Position numbers and translations under genes: made by a program. A DNA stretch of 64,000 nucleotides from Vicugna vicugna (Eukaryota). Positions within the stretch are counted from its first letter, which is position 1; the number at the start of each line of letters is the position of its first letter. Below the pieces are notes generated by a model. That model worked only from the letters and a program-made list of their open reading frames with translations. It was not told where the DNA came from and did not search any database. The DNA is taken from NCBI GenBank assembly GCA_013265495.1, contig MU058650.1, forward strand, positions 1,058,267 to 1,122,266, in the 5' to 3' direction. Positions 25,223 to 38,588 of this stretch are shown here, one piece after another.

Positions 25223-25797
25223 CAGATCTTCCACATCTTACAATGGGGTCATATCCCAGTGAGCCCGTTGTACATTGCATTTAATGTACCTAACCTACCA
25301 AACAACATAGCTTAGCCTAGCCTACTTTAAACATGCTCAGAACGCTTAACATTAGCCCACAGTTGGGCAAACCCATCTAACGCAAAGCTTATTTTATACT
25401 AAAGTGTTGACTATCTCATGTCATGTATTGAATACTGAGAACAGATTGCTTAACATTAGCCCACAGTTGGGCAAACCCATCTAACGCAAAGCTTATTTTA
25501 TACTAAAGTGTTGACTATCTCAGGTAATTTATTGAATACTGTACTGAAAGTAAAAAAAAAGAAAAAAGAAAAAAAAAGAATAGCTGTAAGTGTATTAGTT
25601 GTCCTCCCTGGAGATCACAGGGTTGACCAGGCACTTCACTGCACTGCGCTGCCCAGCATCATGGGAGTTCATAGCATGCATCGCTAGCCTGGGAAGAGAT
25701 CAAAATTCAAAATTTGAAGTGTGGTTTCTACTGAATACATACTGATTTCACACCATGGAAAATTTTTAAATGGAAACATAAGTTGGGGACCATCTCT
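25223..25797. mobile_element. MER47-like (Tigger-derived) MITE with an internal duplication
   Basis: catagcttagcctagcctac...cattagcccacagttgggcaaa...gatcaaaattcaaaatttgaagt; inverted termini cagat..c/g..catct. Confidence 0.75.
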
Positions 25798-26344
25798 ATA
25801 TTCAAAAAGAGAAAGGAGGAATGGGTAGGAAGAGGGAGAGATGCTTCTCTGAGTATATAGTTTTGACTTTCGGAGCAATGTTAATCTTCTACATGTTCAA
25901 ATAATAAAATTAAATCAACAAGAATGGGGTGAAACCTAAAACTGGGTGTAGAAAGAAACAAATGAGCTCACTTGTATTTCAAATGAATGAGACAGAAAGA
26001 ACACGGCAAACAGATCCCGAACTCTTTTTTTTAATAGATTTATTTTTCACAAGGGTATGGATGTAACAATTCTGGATCTAACTTAGCTTTATTGTAGAAT
26101 TGAGTAAGTGAGTAAATGTTATTATGTTTGAAAAAGCTGGAGTTGTCACTGTGTAAGAAAGGAGGTAAAATTGTAGCACAAGGAAGAGGGGTGGGGGAAG
26201 GAAGATCCCTGTGGTGCTGACCTACCCGTTAGAAGCATGAATTCATGACTTTTGAAACATGCCAGTAGCACTGAGCAACCCTCATGCCCAGATCTCGGTT
26301 TAGAGCAGCGGTGGTATCATCAAATTAGAGGGAAGGATGTGGCT

Positions 26345-26985
26345 TGTTGTGGTCCAGAGGAGACCGCCCCATGTGGTGCCTCAGCGGCATATTGATTACT
26401 TGAAATTAAAGTTACTTAAATGGCCAACAAAACAGGGACACTCTGACCCTCCCTTCTACCTCCCTAAAGGCAGGAAATAAATCTCTCGTGTGAAAGGTGC
26501 GCTCCCAGCACCTGGAGGTAAGAAGACACCCTTATCACCAAAGATGAGGAGCTGGGGCCAAGAAGCCCACACAAACCAGCCTTGCTCTTTAATTTACTAC
26601 CCCAAGCCCCAGTTCTGTTTGGAGTCTTCACTAACTGGGTACCCAAAGCCTAAATTTCTCCACTTGGAAAACTGCTGGGAGGATCATCTGGGGTAGCGTA
26701 TATATAAAGCATGTATCTTTCTGGACTCCGCGTGAAAAAGAACAAAACAAAAACCTGGGTTTCTTTGTCCTGGCAATTCCTCACAATTTTATTGTTTCTC
26801 TGTCTAAAAAGTATGAACGCTGTCTGCTTTGGCCAATTCTTAGGTCCCATTTCTATGGTACCTCCACGTGCATAAAGTAAAATTGTTTCTTTTTCTCCTC
26901 TTAATCTGCTTTGTGTCAATTTTATTATCAGTGCAGCCACAAGAACTCAAGACAGGTCGAGGGGGAAATTACCCCCTCCCCAACA
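26345..26985 (+). mobile_element. Solo ERV1-type LTR (MER34/MER39-like)
   Basis: TG...CA termini, TATA-like tatataaa at ~26701, 3' end ttttctcctcttaatctg...ccccaaca. Confidence 0.6.
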
Positions 26986-29222
26986 AGACTTATGATATGG
27001 GAAAACATTTAACGGGAGTCCACACTTCATACCATTAAAGTAAATTCCAGATGTGTTAAATATGTGAAAGGTAACTCTATAAAGCAAATAAGAAAAAAAG
27101 GTTTTTAGTATTTTATAAACATTATGAAAGATTTCTTAAACAAGAACTAGGAAGTAAAACCCATGGGAGAAAATCTGATGAGATGTGACTGTATCAAAAG
27201 TAAGGATTTCTGTTCAGCAAAGTGCACCACCCCACCAAGGGGCAGGGTGACAGATCACAAAATGTTAGCAACGTATAAAACCAACAAGGAATTAATTTCT
27301 AGGTGGTACACCTGAAAACTACAGGAAAAGGAAAAGGCGTCCACTTTTTAAGGTAAACAATATAAATAAATAAATAATATGAACAAACAACATGGATCGC
27401 AAAATGGAAAAAAAAAAAGCAACCCAAGTGACTAGCAAATACATGCCCCTCAAGTAAGATCTTCTCCTTCCTTTAACACAAGATTTTCGTGTTCTGTTCA
27501 TTGAGTGTCTGCACCAGCCATCGCCCCCATCTTGAATGCTTTTTCCCCTACAACTTCCTATGACTATCTCCTTGCTTTTCAGAGCTTAGTTTAAACGTGA
27601 TCTCTTCCGTCCCGCTCTACTTCCTACAGCCGTCCCACTCCCCGCCCCAACGCTCTTTATTGCACCATCTTGTTTTATTTTCATCACACGCTTGCCATTC
27701 AGTGCCATACGCTTCTTTATCTGTATGTCAGATCCTCTCTCTAGCCAGATAGCAAAACATGGAGTAGGAAAGTTGTCTGTCTTGTCCAACTTTGTGCTAG
27801 TGTTTGGCACATAGCTGGTGTTCAGTAAAAACTTGTTGAGTTAATAAATATATATTAATACATGAAAAAGGTAATGTGATTCCTGGTGCTGGCTTAATGA
27901 GTTTTCCAGACAAGGATGTTCAATCATAATTAAATGTCTAATTAATGGAATCCTGCTAAGTAGTGTCAAGCTTCCATGGAGAGCTAGACAGGCTGACCAT
28001 TTAATAGGCTCCTTCTAAAAATAATATATTTTGAGTCAAAGGAATGCTGTTGCCTTGGATACGTTTGTTTTGACCACAGCGCCTAGAGCTCATTATGTTA
28101 GTCAAATGGCTTAAGCCAATTGAAACTCAATCTTCTTTAGGACTATGCACATTCTAAACACCATCACCCAGAGGGGCCCTGATGGGAATTCCATCTGCAG
28201 GAGGTGGTGTTTCTCTGGAATATTCCACTAGACAGAAATATTCTAAATTTGACACAACACTGTAAAATGATTATGAATCAATAAAAAATGTAAAAAAAAA
28301 GAAATTAAAAAAAAAAGAAATATTCTAATCATGAATCTTTGCGACTCAACATCACAGACAGCACCTTAAATCCTGGGGAGTGACAGTCACCACATGATAG
28401 TGGAAAAAACTCCTACATTTTGCTAACCTGACCCCATATGAGAAAACCCAGTGAGTTTCTTATGATCAAGTCTCAGGAAAAGCAAGATCCCCTGGTACCA
28501 CCTCTGCCACTTCAGTTAAGGCACAGAGACTTTGATTTAACAAATTGGTTAATTAATTTCGACAAACTAATGACATGCTTAGAAAATCTGTCATACGACT
28601 TCTCAGCATGCCATGCAATTTCTAACGATCCATTTATGTAATCTTCGCTTGCCAGGTATAATGTGGGCTTCATTCCTGTGGATTTGCAAGGATGTCTATT
28701 TATGAGTTTTGGTTTGGTTTGGTTTGACCTTAGATGATGAGTTAAATTAACTGTAATCCTAATTCTTAACACATTAGCATCAGTGCACACAAAACATCTC
28801 TCCGGCCCTATTTTATCTCTTTACTGTTTGCTTTCATTTCTGACCCCTCAAAGTCACAAACAATAATGTATTTTATAATGTTCTGAACTAGGCATATATC
28901 CTTGTGAAGTCTGTGGTGTTGTGTGTTTATGTACTTTTAATATAATTTCAATCTCTTTCTTCTATCACTTTAACACCTTTTTTAAGATACATCTATTCCT
29001 GCATCAAAGCTTCTATTTCAGTCTGTATCCACTTATTTTAATTATCCATCCTCTTGTGCAAATGTCATTGCCATTGTCAACACAATCTTATTTTCTGTAT
29101 TATTTTCAACTGTGTTATTACTAGCCTGGAGGAACAGTGTTGATTTGTTTATAACTTGACCTTGTATCCAACAATTTTGTCAAGTATTTATTATTAGTTC
29201 TAATATATTTCCACGTTGAGTA

Positions 29223-30225
29223 TGTCAACAAAATAGTTAATCAGTAGTCAATCTAAAAAAGAAATGGAAAAATTTATTTGAGCCAACCTGAAGATATAAC
29301 CTGGGAGACAGACGTTCAGAAAGCTCCAGGGACAGCTTTTCCCATTAGAGGCCAAAGCACAGTTATATATGTTTTTGAGACAAAGGACTATACATCAAAT
29401 TGTTGCCAGTGGATGCGACTGGTGTTCCAGGTTCTTGTCCTGTCCCAGAAGGAATTCAAAGACGTAGTGGTTGAAAAAGTAAAGTGAAGATGTATTAAAG
29501 GATGGATAGCACACTCTAAAGGTGAGAGCGGCTGCCCTGTGTTTCTTTGGCAAGTGAGTCACATAGGGTGTAAAAATGAATGGGTGGAATATTCATCAGG
29601 GAGGGAAGGGTTTGGGGTCATTTTCCCTGATTATCATCCCAACTCCACCTTCCCAAAGGGAGGAGGAATTTTTGTCCTTATTTAGTCTGGATCAGAAGTG
29701 TCATGTCATCTGTGCATGATGGGTACTTCTGATCTGCAAGGCTAATTTTATTGAAATGAAGACATAATGAGCAAAAGGTAACATTCAGACACTGAAGATT
29801 CCTTCCTTGTCCCACCTTTTTTTGTTGGTCTCCAGACCACTCATCACCCCAAAAGGTGTGACCCCTTATCAGCCCAAAGGTTCCTGCTTTTCCTTCTCTG
29901 CCCAGGGACCCCTTGGTGCTCACATGATGTGTGTTTCCTGCATTTGGCCTGTGCCCCTCCTTTCTGCCCAACTCCTGCCATTTGGTCTATGTCCCCCTTT
30001 CTCTGCTCATATCTACCCATCTGCCTGCTCTGACAAAATGATGTATTGACCATTTACACAATGCAGATCTGAACATACAAAGTGAGTGGTGGGTCATCAT
30101 GACCCCTTACAAGATTAAGAACATCATCTTCCAAGGCCGTCTGGTTAAGCAGATGAACAATACACACTAAAGGTGAGGAAGGAGGATTCAAAACTCCAAG
30201 AAAATTTGTATGTTTACACTTTTAT
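29223..30225 (-). mobile_element. ERV LTR containing a nested solo LTR (29401-30035)
   Basis: The inner element runs TGTTGCC...CTGACA and is flanked by a 4-bp TSD aaat (29397-29400 and 30036-30039). Confidence 0.7.
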
Positions 30226-30808
30226 TGTCCTGCCATAAAATATGAATTTTACTTTATCGAGTAGATTGGTTTTATCTCTTTTTCTTTTTCCAATCCTTAT
30301 GTCTCTTGTGTCTTTTTCTTGTTTTAGCACTTTTACTGATGAAAAGTGGTAGTGAACAAGGCTATTCATTGTAGCAAAAGACTGGAAAGAATCCAAATAT
30401 CCATCAGTAAGGAACTATTTGGATAAACTAAAGCAAGCCCATGTGATTTTTTTTTACAGTACAACTATAAAAGAAAATGAGGAAGACCTCTTATTTTGTG
30501 ATGGAATCATCTCTGGGAGATATTGTTGAATGAAAAAACAAGGTTCAGAACAGAGTGTATAGAAACACTTTGTTTCTGTTATCTAAGGAATAGAGAGGAG
30601 ATACAAATGAGAGAGAGAAAGAGAATTTGCTCCCATAAACTGTTAAAAATGATTAAAGAAGGCAATTTAGGTGATGCAAACTTTGACACTTCATGAAGCA
30701 GGCAGTCTCCATTCCCAAAGGTCCAGAGAAGTACAGAATGGAGCAGAAAGCAGGAAGCTTTTACAGTATAAAGAATAAGGAACAAGAAAGAAAAAAATAG
30801 AAGATGAA

Positions 30809-30965
30809 GGGGGAAGGGTATATCTCAGTGGCAGAGCATGTACTTGGCATACACAAGGTCCGGGATTCAATCCCCAGTCCCTCCATGAAAAATAACTAAA
30901 TTTTAAAAACCTAATTATCCCTTCCCCCCCCAAAAAAAACAAAAATAAAATAAAATTTTTTTTAA
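30809..30965 (+). mobile_element. tRNA-derived SINE
   Basis: A and B boxes; imperfect TSD aaagaaaaaaa(t/c)agaa(g/a)atgaa. Confidence 0.85.
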
Positions 30966-31364
30966 AAAGAAAGAAAAAAACAGAAAATGAATAAGGAACA
31001 AGGGAATAGCATACAGCCCAGATTTGGCTCGGCATTTGGGGACTGGCTGATTGGATGTGCTGGGCTGCTGGTCACGTGGGACTTTTACAGGGCTGTGAAA
31101 GTTATCTTTCAGTTTGCTGATATGTACCACCACCACCATCCCCCTCTCCCCCTGGGCAGGAGGGGCTCTGTTTTAGACCTAGAAATTTATTTCAACCAAA
31201 CACTCCAGGATTTGGTACAAGCTAGAGTAGAATCAAAGCCTTAACTCCATGCTTCTAGGAGAATTTCTTGACCTGACATTCCAGCTCAGTAATTATTGTC
31301 CATATTCATTCTGCCTGGTGTCATGTCTATTGAATCCAGTTTTCAATTACTGTATTTTCATATG

Positions 31365-32309
31365 TATTAAAAAGCAAAATTCAACTGAATACATTTGAAG
31401 ATCTAATTGGCTTTATTAAGTGATTCATGAGTTCAGGCAGCATCCCATCTAGCAACTAAAAGTAGTTGCACAAAGGGAAGGTTTTTGCTGGAAGAAGGGG
31501 GGGGTGGCGAGGGAGCTGTTAGCAAAAGAAAAGAATAGGTTATTTTTAGGCCAGGACATCTTTTTTTGTGGGGAAGGAATTTGGCGAGGGTTTTATCATG
31601 CAGATGCCTCTTCTTTCTCTGGGAATGCAGAGGGCCCCTGAAGCAGATGACCTCACTGGTGCTGACCAGAAAATTCCAGACTGGTTGATTAAGATTACAT
31701 TTCTGGTGACTGTTGAAGCTGCAATTAGGTCGGTATTAAATCTGGGTTTAGTATCATGTATCAAATAATAAAAGTTTTTATATCTAGGGGAAAAAAATTT
31801 TAGGAAAATCACTGACACTCAATAATCTTATTTTGCATCATAAAACTATTGACTGTTGCCCCAGCAAAACAAACAAACAAACAAAGTGTTTGATAACAGC
31901 AGGGAGGGAATCCTTCAGGTATGCAACTCCAGTCCTCACAAAAAAGACAGACTCACAGACACAGAAAACACACTTATGGTTACCAAGGGGGAAGGCAGGG
32001 GCGGGGATGAATTGGGAGTTCAAGTTTTGCAGGTATTAACTACTATGTATAAAAGAGATAAACAACAAAGTCTACTGTACAGCACAGGGAACTGTATCTA
32101 ATATCTTGCAGTAACCTCTAATGAAAAGAATGTGAAAACAAATCAATGTATGCATGTGTATGACAGGGACATAACGCTGTACACCAGAAATAGACACACT
32201 GTAACTGACTATACTTCAATTAAAAAAAGAAAAGAAAAAAAATCTAGGTTTGGTATCATGGGCTTAACACAGTGACGCCATTTGGGGCCTGTGGGTTTTC
32301 TCCTTAACA
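31365..32309 (-). mobile_element. ERV LTR interrupted by a chimeric L1 insertion (31759-32239)
   Basis: Similar to the LTR at 34460-34893; LTR sequence resumes after the 21-bp TSD. Confidence 0.7.
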
Positions 32310-32741
32310 CCAGGATAGCTACTTGGTTCTTCTTAATTGTTTTTTGTCCCTCCTTCAGATTACCAATATCATCTCCAATTTCTCTGAAGGTATTTATTAA
32401 GCTTACTTTAAAGTCTCAGTCCATATTTTACATTAATTCTGTTTTCTCTAGCAAAGGTCATTTGGGTGGCCTTTCTCTCAGACTGGATTCCCATTATCTC
32501 GATATTTTTGCCGCTGAGTTCATTTTCCCCGGGTGTTGGACCCAAAGTGAGGAGCTGTGGCCTAGACTCTGGCTTGTATTATTCCTGGGGAGTTGGGGGG
32601 GAGGGGCTATTCTACTTTCTGTACCTTCACCAGGTGACCCTGACCTAATCTCCAAGTTATTGGAGAAGCTACATGAGCCCCTCAGATATCTCCCCTGAAA
32701 GGTCTTTTTTCTCTCTGCATTCTAACTGTCCAACCCTGGAG

Positions 32742-33510
32742 GTGCGATATTATGATGTATAATTAAAAAAATACGTATTTGGTCTTCATTCTTCTTGGCA
32801 CAAAGCTCTTAAAATCCTTGGACTTTCCTGAAAATGAGAAGAATGACAAAAATGTAAGAAACACTTTTTGTTATTCACAGCAAGCCTCGTTCAATCACAT
32901 TTCAGTTTATCTTAATGAGATGACTTGACTTGGAGGAAAAAGGCTGGTAGTCAGAAGAACCAACCCCACCCCATGACCTCGAGGGAAGGGGCAGGGTCTG
33001 GAGATTGAGTTCATTCACCAGTGGCGCATGATTGGATCATTCATGCCTACAAGATGAAGCCTCCCTGAACACTGTCACCCAAGTTCAGAGAGCTTTGGGC
33101 TGGAGAACACGTGAAAGTTCTGGGAAGGTACTCCCCTAGCCGATCCCCCCAGAAGACAAGGAAAGGTTCATGCCCTTCCCACACAAAGCCCGCCTTACGC
33201 ACCGCTTCCTCTGACCGCTCCTGAGGTGCGTCTTTGTCTGACAAGCCCCTGATCTAGTGGGCGAGCTGTTTCCCTGAGCCCCACGAGCCGTTCTGAGAAC
33301 TCACTGAACCTGAGTAGGCTGTTGCGGGGACCCCTAATTTCTAGCTGGTCAATCAAAAGTACAGGTGGCCACCTAGGACCTGTGACTGGCATCTGAAGGG
33401 GACAAGGGAAGTCTTGTGGGACTGAGCCCTTTAACTTGTAGGCTCTGAGGCTAACTCTAGGTAGACTGGGTCAGAAGTAAAGTGTGAGTGTAGTAATGAA
33501 GAAAAACAGT
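32742..33510 (+). mobile_element. MER21-like LTR
   Basis: gactggcatctgaagggg...gtcttgtgggactgagcccc.taac.tgt signature. Confidence 0.7.
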
Positions 33511-33647
33511 GCTTTTTGTTGGTTTTGTTTTTCTTTTGAGGAGGAGATGGGAGAGAGTAGGGAACACACATAAGCTTAGTCATCTGACTGCATCACTATT
33601 ATCTGCTCCTCACACGGCCACATCGCCCTGCTGTTAAACCACTGACA

Positions 33648-33809
33648 TTATTATTATTATTGTTAGTTATTGTTATTATTGTTGCTATTAGTGGGGGAGA
33701 GGTAAATGAGGTTCATGTATCTATTTATCTTAATGAAGGTACTGGGGTTGAACCCAGGACCTCGTGCATGCTAAGCACGCACTCTACCACCGAGCTATAC
33801 CCTCCCCCC
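33648..33809 (-). mobile_element. tRNA-derived SINE with a (TTA/TTG)n tail
   Basis: A and B boxes on the minus strand; flanks aa(c/t)cactgac. Confidence 0.85.
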
Positions 33810-34399
33810 AAATCACTGACTCCTGAAGTCCTGGACTGGAGCTGCTATGTCTCCATTTTACATTACAACAGAGCCTTCAGTGACCCACTGTGGACAGTGG
33901 ACAAAAGAGCATAACTCGGAATTCCCCTCCCCCATTCTACTGTAGCCCAGTCTTCCTTCTCCTGCCCCAGGCTAAGCTTTCCTTCCCACACTAGGTCATC
34001 ATCATGTTACCTTCCCCCTAGGATTTCTCATGGATTTTGCCCCCATACTTCAAATCCCAGCACTTTTCTCTCATTTCTGTGGTATGACTATGGTTTATTT
34101 AGAAGAAAGAGCCGAGAGCCCTGCTAATTCACTATCTCACCTAGAACCAGAAGTCGCTTCTGTTCCTTATTGGCACTGGTAGAAGTCTCCTTTGACCTTG
34201 GATTTTTGAAACCTGATACATTAGAATCCTGTTTTCTTCCATCAATTAGCAATTTGATCATGAGCTAACTAATTAAGTTCCTACAATCTCTGCTTTTTTG
34301 TTCCATCTCCTGTAGTAACTGCAAGATCACGTGCAGAATCATCTGTAAAATGTGTTGTCTGAAGTCAGTAGAGAGTAATTTAGAAGAGCAAAGTGTAGT

Positions 34400-35235
34400 C
34401 AAGTATCAATTAGCTCTTGCTGCTTAAACTATCCTAAATCTTAGGGATTTAAAACAGCCTGTTAAAAGAAAAAAATTCAACCGAGTAAAATGTAAAGATC
34501 TTATTGACTGGATTCAGTGATTCATGAATAAGGCAGCAGCCACTCTAGTAGACAGAAAGGAGCTCTGAGGAGCTGTACAAAATGAAAGACTTCTATAAAA
34601 AATAAAAAAAATAAATGGAAAGACTTCTATATTCAGAAGGAAGTGGGAACAAAGTAGGCATACTAGGCAAAAAAAAAAAAAACAACAGATTTGCTATGGG
34701 GATATCGGTTTCCTTTAGAGGGTGGCAGGCTTGACAGGCGGATTATACCCAGTTAGTGCTGATCAGGGGATTCCTGGTTAACTGGTTTAAGGTTCCATTT
34801 CCGGGGGAGCTGAAAGTGTAATTAAGTCTCAGTTTGGTGACTTCGGGCTTGATGTAAGCGACTCCATTTGGGGCCTGTTGTCTTGTTTTTAACAAACCAC
34901 AATTTATTTAGCTCATGATTTTGTGGGTTGGCAATTTGGGATGGGCTCAGCTGGGTGGCTCTGGGAATTGGCTGGGATGCCCAGCTAGAATCAGCTGGAA
35001 TAAAGGTGGTACCTGGACCACGTGTTTCTCAGCAACCAGCAGGCTAGCTCCGGCTCGTTCACCTGTTCGCTTGGTGGCGAGCAAGATCCGACAGTGAGCG
35101 CAGAAGCAGGTGTGTTAAGCTTGGAACTGACACACTGTTTCTTCTGCTGCATCTGACTGACCAAAGCAAGTCATATAATCAGTCCAAACTCAAAGGGTAA
35201 AGAAGTAGACTTCACCTCTTGATGGAAAGAACCAC
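34400..35235 (-). mobile_element. MLT1-type LTR with a nested ERV LTR (34460-34893)
   Basis: The MLT1 motif tttaaaacagcc|aaccacaatttattagctcatgattttgtgggttgg is split by a TGTTAAAA...TTTTAACA element. Confidence 0.65.
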
Positions 35236-35973
35236 AAAAGTCACAGTCCAAGGCCTTGGACACAGAGAGGGAAAAACCATCTGCACCCACTTTTGCAATC
35301 CACCGCGATCAGTAAACACAATCTCTGGAGACTAATTGCCTGGGTTTGAGTGCTGGCTCTGTCATTTAGTGGTTGTGTGACCTCGGGCATTACTCGACCT
35401 TTCTGTGCCTCAGTTTCCTCATCTGTTAGGTGAGGATAATTACAGCACATATCTCACAGGGTTACCGTGAATTAAATGAGCTGATGCTTTTAAAGTGCTT
35501 AAAGCAGTGCCTGCCACAGAAAGGCTGTATGTGCTGTCTTTGGTCTTGCGGTTTGGCTTCCCCTTGTCCCTAATTTCTTGCCTGTGCTCATCATGTTCCC
35601 TGTTGGACAAGAGGTCAATCTCTGTCACCCTTCTTCTCCCCATCAAAATTCCACCCATCCCTCAGAGCTCTGCTCAAAGACTTCTCTCCCTCAGCTCTCA
35701 CCCTTTCTCCTTTTAATTGGCATTACTTCTTGTCCCTCTGCTTTCCAGCATCACTCTTTGATAGCAGTTGTCACATTCTGCCTTGCATGGACTGTACATT
35801 TATCCATCCCAAAACAATAATGAGCTCCTCTGTGTTCCAGGCACAGGATAAAGGGTGATGAACAAAATGTACAAAGTCCCTGGGCCTGTTGGACCTCCGT
35901 AGAGAGAGAGTCATGTTTCTGTTTGTCTATTCTAGATTATACCTCCTGAAGGTGGAGATGAAGTTACATTCAG

Positions 35974-37033
35974 TTTTTTTTTAAACCGTTTTTTAAAAAT
36001 TGAAATACAGTCAGTTTACAATGTTGTGTCAATTTCCATTGCACAGCATAATAGTTCAGTCCTGCATATACATACCTGTATTCATTTTCATATTCTTTTT
36101 CATTGGCAGTTACTGTAAGATATTGAATATAGTTCCCTGTGCTGTACAGAAAAAAACTTGTTTATTTATTTTATATATAGTAGTTAATATCTACAAATTT
36201 CAAACTCCCAATTTATTTCTTCCTACCTCCTTTCCCCTCTGGTAACCATAAGTTTGTTCTCTGTGTCTGTGAGTCTATTTCTGTTTTGTAAATAAGTTCA
36301 TTTGTGTCTTTTTTTTTTTTCAGATTCCAAATATGAGTGATATCTTATGGTCTTTTTCTTTCACTTTCTGGCTTACTTCACTTAGAATGACGATCTCCAG
36401 GTCCATCCATGTGGCTGCAAATGGCATTATTTTATTACTTTTTGTGGCTGAGTAGTATTCCATTGTATTTATCTACTTGTTTGTTTGTTTATATACCCAC
36501 AGCTTCTTTATCGAGTCATCTGTTGATGGACATTGAGGTTGTTTCCATGTCTTGGCTATTGTAAATAGTGCTGCTGTGAACATTGGGGTGCAGGTGTCTT
36601 TTTGTATTATAGCTTTATCTGGATATATGCCCAGGACTGGGATTGCTAGATCATATGGTAAGTTTTTTTAAGGACCCTCCATACTGTTTTCCACAGTGGC
36701 TGCACCAACCTACATTCCCACCAACAGTGTAGGACGGTTCCCTTTTCTCCACACTCTCTCCAGCATTTATTACTTGTAGATTTTTTAATGACGGCCACTC
36801 TGACTGGTGTGAGGTGATACCTCATTGTAGCTTTGATTTGCATTTCTCTAATAATGAGCAATGTTGAGCATCTTTTCATGTGCTTGTTGGCCATCTGTAG
36901 GTCTTTTTTGGAGAAATGTATATTTAGGTCTTCTGCGCATTTTTTGATTTGGGTTACTTGGTTTTTTTTTTATATTAAGCTGTATGAGCTGTTTATATAT
37001 TTTGGAAATCAATCCCTTGTCGGTTGCATCATT
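35974..37033 (-). mobile_element. 5'-truncated L1 (ORF2 C-terminus and 3'UTR)
   Basis: [35 protein letters not shown]..., the L1 ORF2 cysteine-rich region; poly(T) on the plus strand. Confidence 0.92.
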
Positions 37034-37925
37034 CACATTCATTTCTTTATCTTTCACATACCCTAGCCACAGTAGGTATGCAAAAGCTGTGAATTGAATC
37101 AAAATACACTGAATTGAATTCAACAGAATCAAATGTTATCAAAGTGACAACGTTTGATTCAGGTCACTAGGTAACTCTCCTTTTGGGTGCTTGTTCCCCG
37201 GGAAGAGAGCCAGATTGCCTTTAATGCTTCAATAACGTGCTTTCCCAAAACATCTCCGTAAGCTTCCCGTATTCAGGCACTGAAATTAAGACCGTTTCTC
37301 CAGCTAAAGTCAGAAGGGTCAGCTTCTAGAGCAAGTGTCACTTGAGTCTTTTCATAGCGTCTGTGTGAACAAAGCCACTTATCTTTCCTTTCTGTTACTT
37401 CCCGTGAGATGAAATTTGTGTCCATGACTCAGGGCTGTAACAGACCGTGGAGTTAGTCAGTGAATGTGACATGGCTGAGCTCTGACTCGGAAAAAAACCC
37501 CGTGCCCTGAATCACAGGGTGTTTTGATGGTACTCAGCTGGTAGGGGCCTCTCCCATGGGGTGGTTTGAGAAGTCAATGCAGCAAGATAAAAACAAACTA
37601 AGTCACAAAATAAACGTGAAGAAATTCATAAAGTTCTGCTTTTTCCTATGACGGCTAATTTTAAAACAGAAATTACCAAATTCTTTCATGAACATTTTTT
37701 CATTTTGCAGGGGTAGGGCCGGGAGGGCCCTACACACACATCTCGTCTAATATTTAAAACCCCAGGAGGGAGTCTAGTGTTGTTATTACTCATATTTAAC
37801 AAAACCGAGATGGAGAAATAGAGTAAGGGATATAACAGAGACCACGAGGCCGGTTACTAGCTGAGCTGCAACTCCAGACCTGTACCTTGCACTCTTCCCA
37901 GTATTGCACAAGTACCAAGGGTGGG

Positions 37926-37970
37926 GTGTGTGTGGGTGTGTGGGTGTGTGTGGGTGTGTGTGGGTGTGTG
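37926..37970. repeat. Imperfect (GT)n/(GTGG) microsatellite
   Basis: Directly visible. Confidence 0.85.
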
Positions 37971-38588
37971 GCATGTGTTGGGATGGGAAGTAGAAAATAT
38001 CTACAAAAAAACAAAGGAAAAAAAAAAGAAAGGAAGGCCGTGGTTCTGAAGATCTGGGCTGTTCTCTCCCAGCGGACCCAGTTGCTGTGGGGAATAAAAG
38101 TTCCCAGGGGAGATGGAGCAAGGTCTCTGGGAGCTGGAATCTCAAAATGAAGCGCCACCTGGGCTAACTGCCATGGAGCAGGGCTCCCTCTGCGTGATGG
38201 ATACCGTGCAAGAATCAGGCGTGCTTTTTGGGGTGGGGAGGAGGGGAGAGCGTCAACCCATCTGTTGTATCTGGTATGGGGGTTGGGGAGAGACTGTGAA
38301 AGAAATGGCAAGTAAATTACTCCTTCCCCAGAAGGCAGATTTTCAGTTGCACAGATGGACGGTGAAACAAATCTGAATGCAGCCTCATGAATCTTTAGGG
38401 GCTTGATGTCGGCAGCCCAAGCCGGGGCAACGCGGAGCCTCCAAAGTAATGCGACCTGAATCAGATCAGTGTCCTCGCACCAGCTGTTCACTGTCAGGAT
38501 GTCTGTAACAGGATTCAGCCCAAGCCCCACAGGCCTCCCCTTCCTGTGTTAAGGCCAGGATTCATCTTCCAAACTTTTCGTTTCAACA

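Noticed and set aside
37796..38530. Longest ORF in the track (244 aa, minus strand)
   Set aside because: Non-ATG start, runs through a GT microsatellite and an A-tract, no recognisable domain
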